A DNA stretch of 63,116 bases, counting the filler, from Octopus bimaculoides (Eukaryota): NCBI RefSeq assembly GCF_001194135.2. It is 5 parts of 5 records of this genome, joined end to end, with 100 filler letters (N's around TTAATTAATTAA, not from the genome) between each part and the next. Parts side by side here need not be neighbours in the genome. Positions count along the whole stretch, not along the records: positions 14,743 to 32,507 come from NC_068995.1; positions 32,608 to 50,781 come from NC_068983.1; 3 more parts are not named here. One strand, given 5' to 3'. The first letter of the stretch is position 1; the number at the start of each line of letters is the position of its first letter. Made by a program: the position numbers and the translations under genes. Shown piece after piece: positions 27,036 to 40,142 of this stretch. A model generated the notes under the pieces. The model worked only from the letters and a program-made list of their open reading frames with translations, made no database searches and was not told the DNA's origin.

Positions 27036-27499
27036 ATAATACTAAACACTGAAATAGAAAAGCAATCTGATATATGACATCTTAAATTTTGTATTCATCC
27101 TCAAACGTAGTAACGATCTTTCTAAATCAGGAAATCTCAAAATCTTCATGAAGTATTTTGTTAAAGCTATCCACAGTTTTGTAGGTAATATAAAAGAGTA
27201 AACCACTAACTACAAACAAACGGTATGTAAAGCCGTACACAAACTTCGATTTTAATATAATCGTAGAACAGCAACGAGTTGCTCCTTGGATAGAACATCA
27301 AAAGAAACAGAATACAGAACGGAAGTAGAATCTGAAGTCAAATATATATTGATATATTATATTGTTATATTATATTGTCTAATATTTCATTATATTGTAA
27401 CATTATTATTATTGTTGTTGTTGTTTTTATGTTATACCATATATCATATATTAATTTTTAATCGTTGAGAAAAAAGGACGGGTCACGATATGTCCGACT

Positions 27500-27760
27500 C
27501 TGTTCCATCAGTCTGATATGCGCTCAGAAGGTTCTGCCGTAAGTCGGGTACTCGTGGTCTGCTCGGACTGAAGAGAAGGAGTTGTCTGGACTTGTGCAAT
27601 CTGCAGTTTCTTTGTGCCCCTGCAAGCATGTTCTGTTCGCAGGAGGGTGCACTTCTGGTGGTACATCTTCATTCGGCAGGCAGATTTTCAGTGGGACTTT
27701 AAGTGTGTCCTTGAAGCGCTTTTTCTTCCACTCTGTATGCACTTACCAATGAGGAAGTGT
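27500..27760 (-). mobile_element. RTE LINE C-terminal fragment
   Basis: KKRFKDTLKVPLKIC and degenerate terminal YPTYGRTF (cf. CPxCGRxF zinc knuckle) typical of the RTE ORF end. Confidence 0.75.
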
Positions 27761-28836
27761 GGATTTAGTACCACCTAGAAATATTCAAAAAATGTTTCCC
27801 TTTGCATTTCACTTACTTTATACTTTTGTTCTTTCTGATCCCTCGATAAATTGTGACAATAAAATCTGAGTTTTGCCCCAAGGTCATCTGCTGTAGTGTA
27901 TAGTCCCATGGCGAACCGAGATTCAGAGTAAGATATCAATATGTGATATACTTAACGCATTTGTGATATGTGATATACTCTAACCAAAGTATTGAGTTCT
28001 AAATCAGATAATGTTTGCTAGATGTAAAATATATTTTGATATACTTTACAATACATGCTTTATGGTATATTTACATATAAAGTAAAGTATACGTATATAT
28101 ACGTATATAAGTATACATACGGACACGCACACACACGTGTGTGTGTATGTTGCGTATATATTGCGATATATACTTCTCAAGTATAAAGAGAAGATATTTT
28201 GTACACGGCTTTAAGAACTTGCTCCACGAAGATCTTGCCAATTTTTTCTTCAATGACAAACAGATAAATTCATACGCGCACGCAAAGTCGAACAAGCAAA
28301 GAAACAAACGCGCACCTATAACGATATAAAGCCGTTAAAATGTGCGAATGAGTGTTTCTAATCACAACAGACATTGTTTGTCTGTCTATCGTCTGCTTGT
28401 TGCAATGTCTTGCTCAAAATGATGGACGACATCGATTGTAAATATATCTATCGTCTGACACCTACCATTTCTGTTTCTATTAGCACATGATGTATATCTC
28501 TCATTCTCTTCCATCTTTTTTCGTGTTTCCCTTTCATTTTATACCCTTCCTCTCTCTTTCTCTTTCTATCTCTCTCAGACACACACACCCACACACAGGG
28601 GTTCGCTCAATCTCATGCACCATCTTCGCTCACTCTTTTTTGTGCCTTCCATATGGATGTCTTCTTTCTTTTATCATTCTTATTGTGTTATTCCTACACA
28701 CAGAGATAATTATAAATACATGTATGCACGCGCAAGTAGACATTTAAAGCATCGAGTCTATACTTTAAAAAAGTTTAGGTTTCCTTGTATGTATTTAAGT
28801 ATATCTGTGTGTCTGTGTGTCTGTGTGTCTGTCTGC

Positions 28837-28875
<39 letters not shown>

Positions 28876-28885
28876 TCTATCTATA

Positions 28886-28925
<40 letters not shown>

Positions 28926-29171
28926 GATATATATANNNNNNNNNNNNNNNNNNNNNNNNNNNNNNNNNNNNNNNNNNNNNNNNNNNNNNNNNNNNNNNNN
29001 NNNNNNNNNNNNNNNNNNNNNNNNNNNNNNNNNNNNNNNNNNNNNNNNNNNNNNNNNNNNNNNNNNNNNNNNNNNNNNNNNNNNNNNNNNNNNNNNNNNN
29101 NNNNNNNNNNNNNNNNNNNNNNNNNNNNNNNNNNNNNNNNNNNNNNNNNNNNNNNNATATATATATATTTA

Positions 29172-29450
29172 TGAAGGTGCATGGTTTAGTGGTTATGGTG
29201 TTGCACCCACGGTTGCGAGATCGTGTGTTCGATTCCCAGACCGGGCGTTGCGTTGTGTTCTTGAGCAAAGCACTTCATTTCACGTCGCTGATCAATCGTT
29301 TTGTCATCTGACATGTGGCACACAGTGTACCTGTACATGTATATATCGATTCGATGGAAAGAGTGAGTTTATGTGTACACAAACATTTGATCATTATAAA
29401 CGAATCCTCTGTGTGTTTGTTCGGCAAGAAATTGCCGAACACTCATACTT
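29172..29450 (+). mobile_element. SINE family D
   Basis: TGAAGGTGCATGGTTTAGTGGTTA...GTTCGATTCCCAGACCGGGC...TTCTTGAGCAAAGCACTTCATTTCACG. Confidence 0.8.
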
Positions 29451-29654
29451 CATCTAATGACGAAAGAGTCCATGATATATATGTGTGTATGTGTATTTGT
29501 GTGTGTTACAGTAATAAGGATCCGAAAAGAAATAAGGCGTATGAACGTGAAGGATGCTCTAATTGGTAAGAGAGAGCCCCACAGAGGAGACAGTGAACTC
29601 ATCATTTATCAGCGCAGAAAGTGTCAAAGATGTTTAGACACTGTGGTTGCAATT

Positions 29655-29721
29655 TCAAGTGGTTGTGTGATAAGTAGCTTGCTTACCAACCACGTGGTTC
29701 AGGGTTCAGTCCCACTGCGTG
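29655..29721 (+). mobile_element. SINE family B 5' head, truncated at the foldback
   Basis: GTGGTTGTGTGATAAGTAGCTTGCTTACCAACCACGTGGTTCAGGGTTCAGTCCCACTGCGTG. Confidence 0.85.
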
Positions 29722-29968
29722 ACAGGATGAGATAAAAGTCCAAGGCTGTGAAAGAATTCAGAAGATTTACAAATAGAAGGTCTTACAGCTATTTCCGAGA
29801 TATTTTATATATCCCTTCATCGGAGACGGTGTGAGTGAATGGTTAAGCAATTTTCTCACACCATCTTCACTGAAGGGATATATAAAATATCCCGGAAACA
29901 GCTGTAAGACCTTCTATTTATAAATGTTCTGAAATCTTTCACAGCCTTGGATTTTTATCTCATTCTGT
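29722..29968. mobile_element. 247-bp foldback: two inverted ~114-bp arms, each with a decayed hammerhead core (PLE-end-like)
   Basis: Arms 29722-29835 and 29855-29968 pair around a 19-nt loop. Left arm (-, 29780-29827) GUCU-CCGAUGA-A-GGGAUAU(AUAAA)AUAUCUC-G-GAAA-UAGCUG-UA/AGAC. Right arm (+) has ...UGAAGGGAUAU(AUAAA)AUAUCCC-G-GAAA-CAGCUG-UA/AGAC. Confidence 0.8.
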
Positions 29969-29974
29969 TAATCA

Positions 29975-30059
29975 TATATCTGCTGATGATAGTCCGACCT
30001 TGTAAGATATATAATCTTTATCTTACTAAAATTGATTTGAAACCATGGTACAGAATATA
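29975..30059 (+). ncRNA. Type-I hammerhead-like fold with extended stem II (copy 1)
   Basis: UAUAUCUG-CUGAUGA-U-AGUC..GUAAGAUA(loop)UAUCUUAC..GAUU-U-GAAA-CCAUGG-UA/CAGAAUAUA; the closing pair of stem II is non-canonical. Confidence 0.7.
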
Positions 30060-30287
30060 GATTGGTAAAAGTTTTTATTTTTCATTTCCTTTCGAAATTA
30101 TCCCTATTTTTTGTGGTATGTAGTCTTTTGCTGCTATTTCTAGCGAGTAGATGTTCTATTATAGGCATCTCTGCATTTTAAATGAATAATACATAGTCTA
30201 TTGACTATTTTTTTTACTCTCGCTAGACCACTGGTGGTAAATAAAATTTCTAAAAATTTTTTTTGCTACCCTATAATTTATTAATAA

Positions 30288-30320
<33 letters not shown>

Positions 30321-30573
30321 NNNNNNNNNNNNNNNNNNNNNNNNNNNNNNNNNNNNNNNNNNNNNNNNNNNNNNNNNNNNNNNNNNNNNNNNNNNNNNNN
30401 NNNNNNNNNNNNNNNNNNNNNNNNNNNNNNNNNNNNNNNNNNNNNNNNNNNNNNNNNNNNNNNNNNNNNNNNNNNNNNNNNNNNNNNNNNNNNNNNNNNN
30501 NNNNNNNNNNNNNNNNNNNNNNNNNNNNNNNNNNNNNNNNNNNNNNNNNNNNNNNNNNNNNNNNNNNNNNNNN

Positions 30574-30629
<56 letters not shown>

Positions 30630-32171
30630 TTACATATACATACACACACATATGTACGTAGGTATATACATATATACATTCATACACACACACATTCCCA
30701 TACGCCCATACCCATATGCGGACGCAAAAATAAATATCACCAACGGGGTCTCGTTTTCCTCGTTCATCCACCAGATCTTTCTCCTAACTTCGACATCTTA
30801 CCTGACCCGCCATTATTTTCCAATCATTGTTTCCTACTAACTATTTATCGACCTCTCTTTAAATCTATTGTTCTTGCCTCTGTGTACGTGATTGTCTCAT
30901 ACAACCACACACATCCTGGTATTGCTAAGCAAGTCAAACCCATGGTAATACACCTCAAAACATTATATTAATCGTCAGGTAGCGCAAAATACTTCCTCTA
31001 CAGAAGGCTGTTTTTATTTTAATGTGTATTCGATAACTCGATGCTACGTACACACACACATACACACACACACACAAGCACATGCACAACATACAAAACA
31101 TTCAAGCTATAGACAACACGACGTCATATCTTATTTCACAGGACGTACACAACAGTGTAAACATCCTACAATGATGATAATAATAATAATACATATATAC
31201 ATACATGTATGGATACACATATATATATGCATGTATGTATGTATTGTGTGTGTGTGTATACAACAGAGGAAGAGAACCTATAAGAATCTGTTTGCAATTC
31301 ACAAAAGTAAAATTTTTCAAAGGCATATCCATATATACGCATATATATATATATATATATANNNNNNNNNNNNNNNNNNNNNNNNNNNNNNNNNNNNNNN
31401 NNNNNNNNNNNNNNNNNNNNNNNNNNNNNNNNNNNNNNNNNNNNNNNNNNNNNNNNNNNNNNNNNNNNNNNNNNNNNNNNNNNNNNNNNNNNNNNNNNNN
31501 NNNNNNNNNNNNNNNNNNNNNNNNNNNNNNNNNNNNNNNNNNNNNNNNNNNNNNNNNNNNNNNNNNNNNNNNNNNNNNNNNNNNNNNNNNNNNNNNNNNN
31601 NNNNNNNNNNNNNNNNNNNNNNNNNNNNNNNNNNNNNNNNNNNNNNNNNNNNNNNNNNNNNNNNNNNNNNNNNNNNNNNNNNNNNNNNNNNNNNNNNNNN
31701 NNNNNNNNNNNNNNNNNNNNNNNNNNNNNNNNNNNNNNNNNNNNNNNNNNNNNNNNNNNNNNNNNNNNNNNNNNNNNNNNNNNNNNNNNNNNNNNNNNNN
31801 NNNNNNNNNNNNNNNNNNNNNNNNNNNNNNNNNNNNNNNNNNNNNNNNNNNNNNNNNNNNNNNNNNNNNNNNNNNNNNNNNNNNNNNNNNNNNNNNNNNN
31901 NNNNNNNNNNNNNNNNNNNNNNNNNNNNNNNNNNNNNNNNNNNNNNNNNNNNNNNNNNNNNNNNNNNNNNNNNNNNNNNNNNNNNNNNNNNNNNNNNNNN
32001 NNNNNNNNNNNNNNNNNNNNNNNNNNNNNNNNNNNNNNNNNNNNNNNNNNNNNNNNNNNNGGATATATATAATGCATATATTCATATACGTAATACTTAT
32101 ATAAAAGTCTGTTTGTACATGTGTATATATATAGATGCATATTTATCTATCTATACACACACACACACACA

Positions 32172-32221
<50 letters not shown>

Positions 32222-32376
32222 GTATATGTATGTGTTCGTAGGTGCGTGTATATGTGCGTGAGTGTAATGCGAGCATGCATATTGCGAGAGGTGGAAAGAG
32301 AAAGATGTACATACACATACGGACTTACACACACATTCACACACACACACACAGATACACAGATACACAGATACAC

Positions 32377-32407
<31 letters not shown>

Positions 32408-32426
32408 GACGCACCCTCATACACTC

Positions 32427-32457
<31 letters not shown>

Positions 32458-32607
32458 TATATACCTACATACATTTATCTATCTAATATATACGTATATA
32501 TATGTATNNNNNNNNNNNNNNNNNNNNNNNNNNNNNNNNNNNNNNNNNNNNTTAATTAATTAANNNNNNNNNNNNNNNNNNNNNNNNNNNNNNNNNNNNN
32601 NNNNNNN

Positions 32608-32752
32608 ATTCACTTGAACAAAACTGTACAAATCCAAATATATGGTACCCTAGGCATAACACCTACATGAACTTCTAACTTGTTGTCTCTTGAGGTCTCT
32701 GGGTGAGACTTGGATCCAACTTGTACAAATGCAAAACAAAAGTCAAACATAA

Positions 32753-32845
<93 letters not shown>
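32608..32845 (+). mobile_element. LINE 3' UTR (family B, probably R4/Dong-type) + long (TAA)n
   Basis: GGTACCCTAGGCATAACACCTACATGAACTTC...GTCAAACATAAAATAATAA; near-identical copy at 54630-54812. No coding part is visible, so the family assignment is inferred. Confidence 0.7.
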
Positions 32846-35800
32846 TTGTGAGAGTGATAAAACAATGCTCCGAAATCTATCCAAAAATATCAGGAGTAAA
32901 GGCAACAAATGCAGCCTAAAACAACTGACACAGTTTTGGACTTTATCCGAATAAGTAATTCTCATAAAAATTGTAAATAATACTAAGATTTATTTCTATT
33001 TTTCAAATCAAATTATGTATTTTAACTCTGTGTCATTTTCATCACTCGCATAACACGTGTAAACGTCAGCCACATTATGATGCAATCAACATCAGACCAC
33101 CTTCATCCCCAACCACCATGCACAAAAACATTAAAACTAAATAAAATATTACTTGTACTATTAAACCCGATAATAACAACCGGGAAGTACGTATTTTTAA
33201 AATGTTACACAAAACTTACGAAAAACTACACGTGCAAAACCATTTAACACCAGAAATAAACGGACCGGTACCCTACGACAATGATGATCTTCAAAATAAT
33301 GGGCTGGACGTTATTCCTCATGTCCCACAAATAAAATCAAAATAGCATAAATGGACATGTGAGGAATATATTTCAATCCTACACGCTTACTTTACAACAG
33401 TGCTCTACCCACAGAACGAAAACACATCAACACATACATATAAAATTTGGAAGAAAAATGACCTAGATAAATTTTTGGATACAGCAATGAACCCTAATAT
33501 ACTAGCTAACATACGAAGATATATTCTCAAAACAAAAAATTATCAAAAATAGAACACTTAAAAGGAAAAATACATCAGGAAAACGTAGATGGCAACCACA
33601 CATCAATGCCAAATAATATCATAAGTACTGGGACTGTAAAACACGAAGACAGACGTAACATGTCAAGCAAAAACGAAATAAACAACGAATGACAATAAAC
33701 CCAGACTGTATGCATGTATAATGATGTGGAAAATGCACCAAACCAGAACACCACAGACAAAGATAAATGGGAAGGAATATTAAACAAATCTAAAACCTGG
33801 AAACAGTGAAGGTGAAACTAGTGATTACGATGCTCTAAAAAGAATTGAAAGCCACAGATCACAGTATGAACCACCGATTATACCTCCCAAAAATTAAAAT
33901 TGGTAATAAAACAACATCAATAATAAATAGCATGAACCTGGTTGTCACAGAACTAACAGCCACAGTAAACAAATGTCAATATGACCAGACTAAGTGGTAT
34001 AATATATGCAGCAGCTTCTGTGGCCACAAAGGAAACTGGATACTGCCTCAAACCCATCCAAACAGGAGTATCACCACCCAAACAAACCCGCAAGGGGATG
34101 ACGTTTCTTTTTTCTTCTGATCGCACAAGAATGCGAAGCCCCATTGTTGATCTCCTTTTCACCATCTGACGAACCTATTTACAGACTTGTGACAATTGGT
34201 TGTATATTCACCAAGCTGCTTTTCGTCCTCCTACAAAACCTCCCCCAACTCTACCGTATATATATGATTATTTCAAATACAAGACAAAAGTCGAAACTAA
34301 ACACCATTTAATAATACTACATAGTAGTAGGAGCAAAGATGGCAGACTTAACTATATAACGGTTGTACTGTTGCTATGGTATACAAAGTTTAGCCACAAT
34401 GACACAGATCAAGACACTATTGGTGGTAACTAACGATGAACAATGCTGTAATGGCAAGGTTAAATTAATCTTAATGGTATTAATGGCGGAGTTGACAATA
34501 GTAGCAGAAACAACAACCGTCTCTACATCTGCTACACTTGACTCAATAATAATAATAATAATTTTAATGTAGCACAAATATGTCTAATGAACCAAAAAGG
34601 AAGACTACAACAGTACACCAAATTGCTCATCCTATGATTAATCTGGAAGCGCGTCCTCAGAGGAGAGCCAAAATCGGGTTGAAAATTCATCCACTGTCAC
34701 AAACTCTTCTCTGAGTACGAACCTGAATGGTCACTTGAACTGCCCCAGATCGAGCATTAGGTTGGCCATCTGAAGAGAAACATACCGCACACTCTTATCA
34801 AATATGAAGAACATCAAATCAAGATAACAGAGTATATCTGGACGAAACCAAGTTAGCAAATGTTAGGAGGTATATCTTCAGAAATAAAAGACTCACAAAT
34901 AGTGAAATAACCGCGATCAAGTTTGCAGCGGAAAATGAACTAAATATAAGTCAGAAAGGACATGAAGAACCAGACCAAGGGAGTAACTCTCTGCGAGTCT
35001 CAATTGAAAGAGTGCCAGCTGACCAGAACACGCAAGTGTCTGAAGAAATAAAGTGTAATTAACCTGATAAAGATAGCGAGGAAACTGGAAAAAAGAACGA
35101 TATTTGATGACTACACATTTACTGAAGAACATAGAGAGTCTATGATAGAAATGAAGCAGAAAATCCTGAATAAGCTTACAGTTGTAATACATACCAATAT
35201 GCCTGACAGAGAATCACTTCATAAATTCTAAAATACAACCCAAAATAGAAAAATTTAAATTGCCAACTACATAACATAAGAAATCACACAAGAACTAAAA
35301 CCAGATCACTCGGAGTAAAACGAAATTATCTACACAGCTGCTAAGACAATTGAAACCAGTAGTATGCCATCGAGAAAACAAAGAAATACAAACCTGAGAA
35401 TTCAAAACTAGAGAAGAAAAATTGAAAAAAAGATTGAAATAATGAGAGGTGAAATATCAATATTAAATGAACTAATCTGTGGAAACTATGTAGAATCTAT
35501 AGAAGAAAGATGAAGAGAAACTATAGGTTCTCACCAAGGAGTAACTGCTTTCAACAAAAGAAATACTGCAACAAAATATCCAAGCAAATGTTCAAAGAAT
35601 ACGAAGATCTGAGAAGAGAAAAAGGTTTTACAAGCAAAATAAACTGCTCACATCCAATACGAAAACATTCAACATTACAATAGGAGACATATGGATGACA
35701 CTCACAAAGGCTCGTAAATGGAAATCCCCTAGTAATGATAGGGTGCCAAGTTTTTGACTCGCATCGCTCCCGTCCGCACACGAAAAATTTAGTCTAGTTA

Positions 35801-36950
35801 TTCAATGAAATTATGAGATATCCTAAGAAAACCTATAGGTTAGCAATAGGTATTACTTACCAACTCTCGAAGAACAATGAAAACAAATTTTCCCAAAACT
35901 ATCGGCCCATAATATAATTCTCTACCACGTTTAAATTTTTAACATCCATCCTCGTGGGGAAAACACAAATTTATGGAACAGATTAAACGAACTAACCAAA
36001 CTAGACAGGGAAACAAGAAAATAACGATAGAATTTAGGATACACCATCCAAAATTTGACGTACAGCGATTATATATACAGGGAATTGAAGGTGGTAGATG
36101 CCTTATACAATTAGGAAACTATTATAAAATAACCACCATAGGATTACAGAAATACCTACTTCAGAAGCAAGGAAAGCTCGTACGAATAGCTAGAAAACAC
36201 GAGCAGAGCAAAAACTGTTTTCTGTCTTTAAGGAAGCTGAAAAATACCAGAAAGAATTCACAGTACATGAAAACCATGGAAAAAAAGAAGAAACAGTAAA
36301 AGCTGTAAAACAACTGAAATTCGAAATAAAACTGGAATAACAAAGTATCATGATAAATCGATGGCAATAAATGCCATTACATGGCAAATATTGGGATAAA
36401 CTAAACAAAAAAGAAATAGACAGAGTAAAATCTCAAAAATGGTTGAGAAGCTCAGGAATCAAAGAAGTGACAGAAGGATTTTTAAATGCAGCACAAAATC
36501 AAAGTCTCCCACCAGAAATCACCAGAAATACATAATGAAAAAAGAATAGAAGTAACTGCAGAATATGTGGTGATGGACAAGAAACAATGAATCATATTAA
36601 CTCTGGCTTCCTAGTCCTGGCTACGAAGGAATGTATTTACAGACATGACAGAGTTGGGACCTATATACACTTGAAGTTATGCCAAAGCTATGGAATGACA
36701 ATAGAAAAAGGATGGTATAGGCACACCCCAGAAAAGGTCTCGGAAAATAACAAAGCAACCATACACTGAGATATTCCAATACACACGGACAGAGAAATGA
36801 AGGTAAATAGACTGGACACAGTTGCCAGAGATCACCAAGAAAAAAATGCCTTCTAATCCATGTATCAATCCATCAGATGACAATGTATCTCTTAAAGAAA
36901 CGAAGAAACTATCAAAATACAAAGATCTTGAAAATACAAAGATCTGGAAA
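32846..36950 (+). mobile_element. Decayed, near-full-length R4/Dong-type non-LTR retrotransposon with most of the RT core deleted
   Basis: Fragmented frames: KWTCEEYISILHAYF...ILANIRRYILK (~33350), LQQNIQANVQRIRRSEKRKRFYKQNKL (~35570), NYRPI (~35897), HHPKFDVQRLYIQGIEGGRCLIQL (~36040), PLHGKYW, CRICGDGQETMNHINSG..RHDRVG (CCHC), LSKYKDLE (~36910). Many stops and frameshifts. The 5' boundary is inferred from the TAA junction. Confidence 0.88.
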
Positions 36951-37237
36951 ATACAAAGAATTTTAATATGATCTACCATGGCTATAAGATGCTGATGCAT
37001 AAATTTATTTTAATAGCGGAACATGTCGAGAAAACCTTTCATTTATATTTTATAAATACATAATATGTAAGCAAAATAGAATACATTTTCAAGAGAAATG
37101 TTAGTTATCATTTATCGATAATAATCTGTAAATATGTGCAAGGATTAATAAAAAAAAATATAACATTTATAACTTACTATTTCAGTGAGATATATGAGCT
37201 TGCTGGGAAGAACAGAGATTTGGGGTATTAGGTGGAA

Positions 37238-37436
37238 TATAGTAATCCCTTGCCATATCGCGGTTCATCTATCACGGTGTATTATTTAAACGTATGTCGA
37301 TTCCTCTGGGGTGTTGTTTTGCATTTATGATAAAATAAATATATACAAATTATAAAAGTAATAAAAAAAATATACGGTACAGTACTGTTTCTACTTCGCA
37401 GATTTTCACCTACCACGGGGTTTTTGGATTACTGTA
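37238..37436. mobile_element. pogo/Tigger-like MITE
   Basis: TA-TAGTAATCCCTTGCCATATCGCGG ... GGATTACTG-TA termini; internal TTCGCAGATTTTCACCTA. Confidence 0.65.
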
Positions 37437-39255
37437 GTTGATAATGACACTCGTATTACACTATGAAGCACGTTTCGATGTCTTATAAGTTTAGCATTGC
37501 TAAAAAAAGATGCTTCACATTGCTATAATGATCACATAATGTATGGCAGAATAACAGGAAGGAAACTATCGGCATTTCGCTTCTTTCATTTCCATTATGA
37601 TGGTTCAAAATGATATAGATCAATAAATTGTTAGAAATGATGATTGATAAGATCGAATAGCGATGGCATAATCAGATTATACGTTGAAGTACGAAGAATT
37701 TCTTCATGCTCGAGGTCTACATGTGAACCAGTGGGTGTGAGGAAGAAAAGAATGGCCCAGTGCGTTGCGATAATAGGATGGGTAGTTAGAGAAGTGAATG
37801 ATAGCAAAAGAGAAAACTTTTGTGTACATGTCCCTTTAAAGACGCATAGTGTTAAAACAAAAAAACAATATACTACAGAATGGATTCTGCTTATGCGGCG
37901 CCATTTCAAGTCAGCCGATACCTTATACTCTCTTTGTATGCACATTTGAGTAATGATTTCTATTTTGTTTCAGATGTGGCTTATGTACGCCACATTGATA
38001 ATCCGCAACTATCTATAAATACGGTATCTGCCCCCCTCCTATTCGCTTCTGGGCGATTTCCTTTCACCTAGTTTTGAAGTATGCTGTGCTTGTGAGCATT
38101 ATACGTCTTTAAAGGAACTTTCGCAGACAAAAATACGCAGCTTCTGGCGTTTAAACAACACACCTACGTTAAACAAGTAAATACTTTAAATAAGTGGTTT
38201 GATGCTATGCATAAGTGACCCCTATATATATTCGGCGTACTGACCTTTCAGCAACTTGGGCAGGTCAAGTTAAAATTTCTTCGATCAGACTCGTAAAAAT
38301 GTGATTACAAAGTAAACTTTAAACCGCACTGCGATATAAATACCCATTGTTAAGCATTTATGTCCTTGAGAATTGTCAAAAATCTTCCTGCTATCTTTTG
38401 AATATAACCTAGGTGTTTGCTGTTGCATAAAATAGTTTTCCTTCTTATAAATCTTTCATATTCCATTAATGTTCTTTTATGCATTGTTTGAATCAATAGC
38501 TGGCTACTGGGTTTGTTTGACCAAGTTTAGGCCACGTTCTAGCCAGATAGATCAAGCTTCAGTATTTTATCTGTGACCAGTCCGCGTTTTTCGGTTTACA
38601 TTATGTAATGTGTTCTTTTAATATAATATAGTGTGCTTTAGTTGTGGTGCGAGGGAGATTTGGATCCTAATTAACAATAGATTGAGCAGCCTTCACTCAA
38701 AACCCATTATTATTATCGGTTAGATATGCAGAAAATAAAAACCGAAGGTAAAATAGGTAAATGCTTTTCAAAATGGAAGGTATCGATTGCGATATATGCT
38801 AAGATTGTTGCATATTGAAGCGATATATACATGCAGCAAAAAAAAGAAAAACATCCACTCTTTAATGGCACGTTGATGAATTATTAATTCTTTAATGCAG
38901 AGGTTAATGTCGTTAAAATGTAATATTCTTCTTTGAGATGTCATCGTTAAAAGAAGATGAATGCAATGCTAATGATAATGATATTGCGCACAAGAGAGTT
39001 AAAATAAAGTAGAAAGGGAGGCAATAGTTAAAGAAGTAGTAGATCGTTAGAAGCAGAAGTTCGGGTACGGTCATTTTCACCGACAATGTTGTTTATTGTT
39101 ACAAGAAAAATCGTCGAAGACACTAATTTACGCACGCACGCACATACACGCACACGCACACACACACACCCGCACACACACACGCACACACACACACACA
39201 CACACCCGCACACACACGCACATACACACGCATATACATAAATCCAAGTATCAAG

Positions 39256-39286
<31 letters not shown>

Positions 39287-39546
39287 CTAAATTCAGATTT
39301 CATAGAGAATATATATACCACTTGCTATATCAATTGATCCTCAGATATACACATTCCTTATTTCTGTATTCCATTCAAGGTAAGCCTGTTTCTGTTATTT
39401 CATTGCATTAGGCGTGTATTTTAATAGTGATTAATTGGTGGTTTTGGAGCGATGGCTCTGTTTGTGGATTGAAGTATTTATATACACGATTAAATCTAAA
39501 TTTAGTTTGTATTTAACCTGTAAAGGTGTAAACATGCTAGCCACCT

Positions 39547-39882
39547 TATTATTATTATTATTGTTGTTCAGTAGTTTTATTTTTATAACGTACTTTCACT
39601 TCACTACCGAGCGCAGCTCTGTGCGACTTGGGTATGTGCTGTGGTTTGCTGTGATGCTTTTATGGTTACTGTATTGAAAGTGTTTTGCGTAGGATGTGTG
39701 CAGTGCCCAGTAGTGCAATTTTCTATATGTTATATATATTTGTAAGTCCTGGTGTTTTTGTTATGTATTTGTCTGAATATTTTTTTTATTATACCTAAGG
39801 CACCTACTATGATAGGAATTGTTTCTGTTTTTAGATTCCACATTCGAGTTACCTCTATTTCCAGGTCTTTATATTTTGAAAG

Positions 39883-39916
<34 letters not shown>
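39547..39916 (-). mobile_element. 5'-truncated R4/Dong family A copy with (ATT)n on both sides
   Basis: Body 39569-39887 near-identical to 16340-16655; ATT runs at 39547-39568 and 39888-39917. Confidence 0.92.
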
Positions 39917-39917
<1 letters not shown>

Positions 39918-40142
39918 GAGTGAGAGAGCAGTCCATGCCATCAAAGTGACACCGGGGTAAAATATACGAAATCCATTATACCCATCATGACTACCCGCCT
40001 ATAAGGGTACACCAGGCACATGCGTCACAACCATATGTGCGCGACATGGTGATCTCATATCAAGATAAACAGCGTGTGGCCCAGTTAGAATATTCTTCAC
40101 ATCGAGTAGCCCATCTCGCTCAAAAGGTCACTGAATAAGGTT
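39918..40142 (-). mobile_element. TAA-tailed repeat (family D), probable LINE 3' UTR
   Basis: CATGCCATCAAAGTGACAC...AAGGGTACACCAGGCACATGC...GATCTCATATCAAGAT; reverse-complement copy at 60328-60462. Confidence 0.65.

Noticed and set aside
31024-32241. Longest ORFs in the track (300-400 aa here and at 61598-62651) and all X-rich or YI/CV/HT ORFs
   Set aside because: Reading frames run through N gaps and dinucleotide repeats; artefacts.
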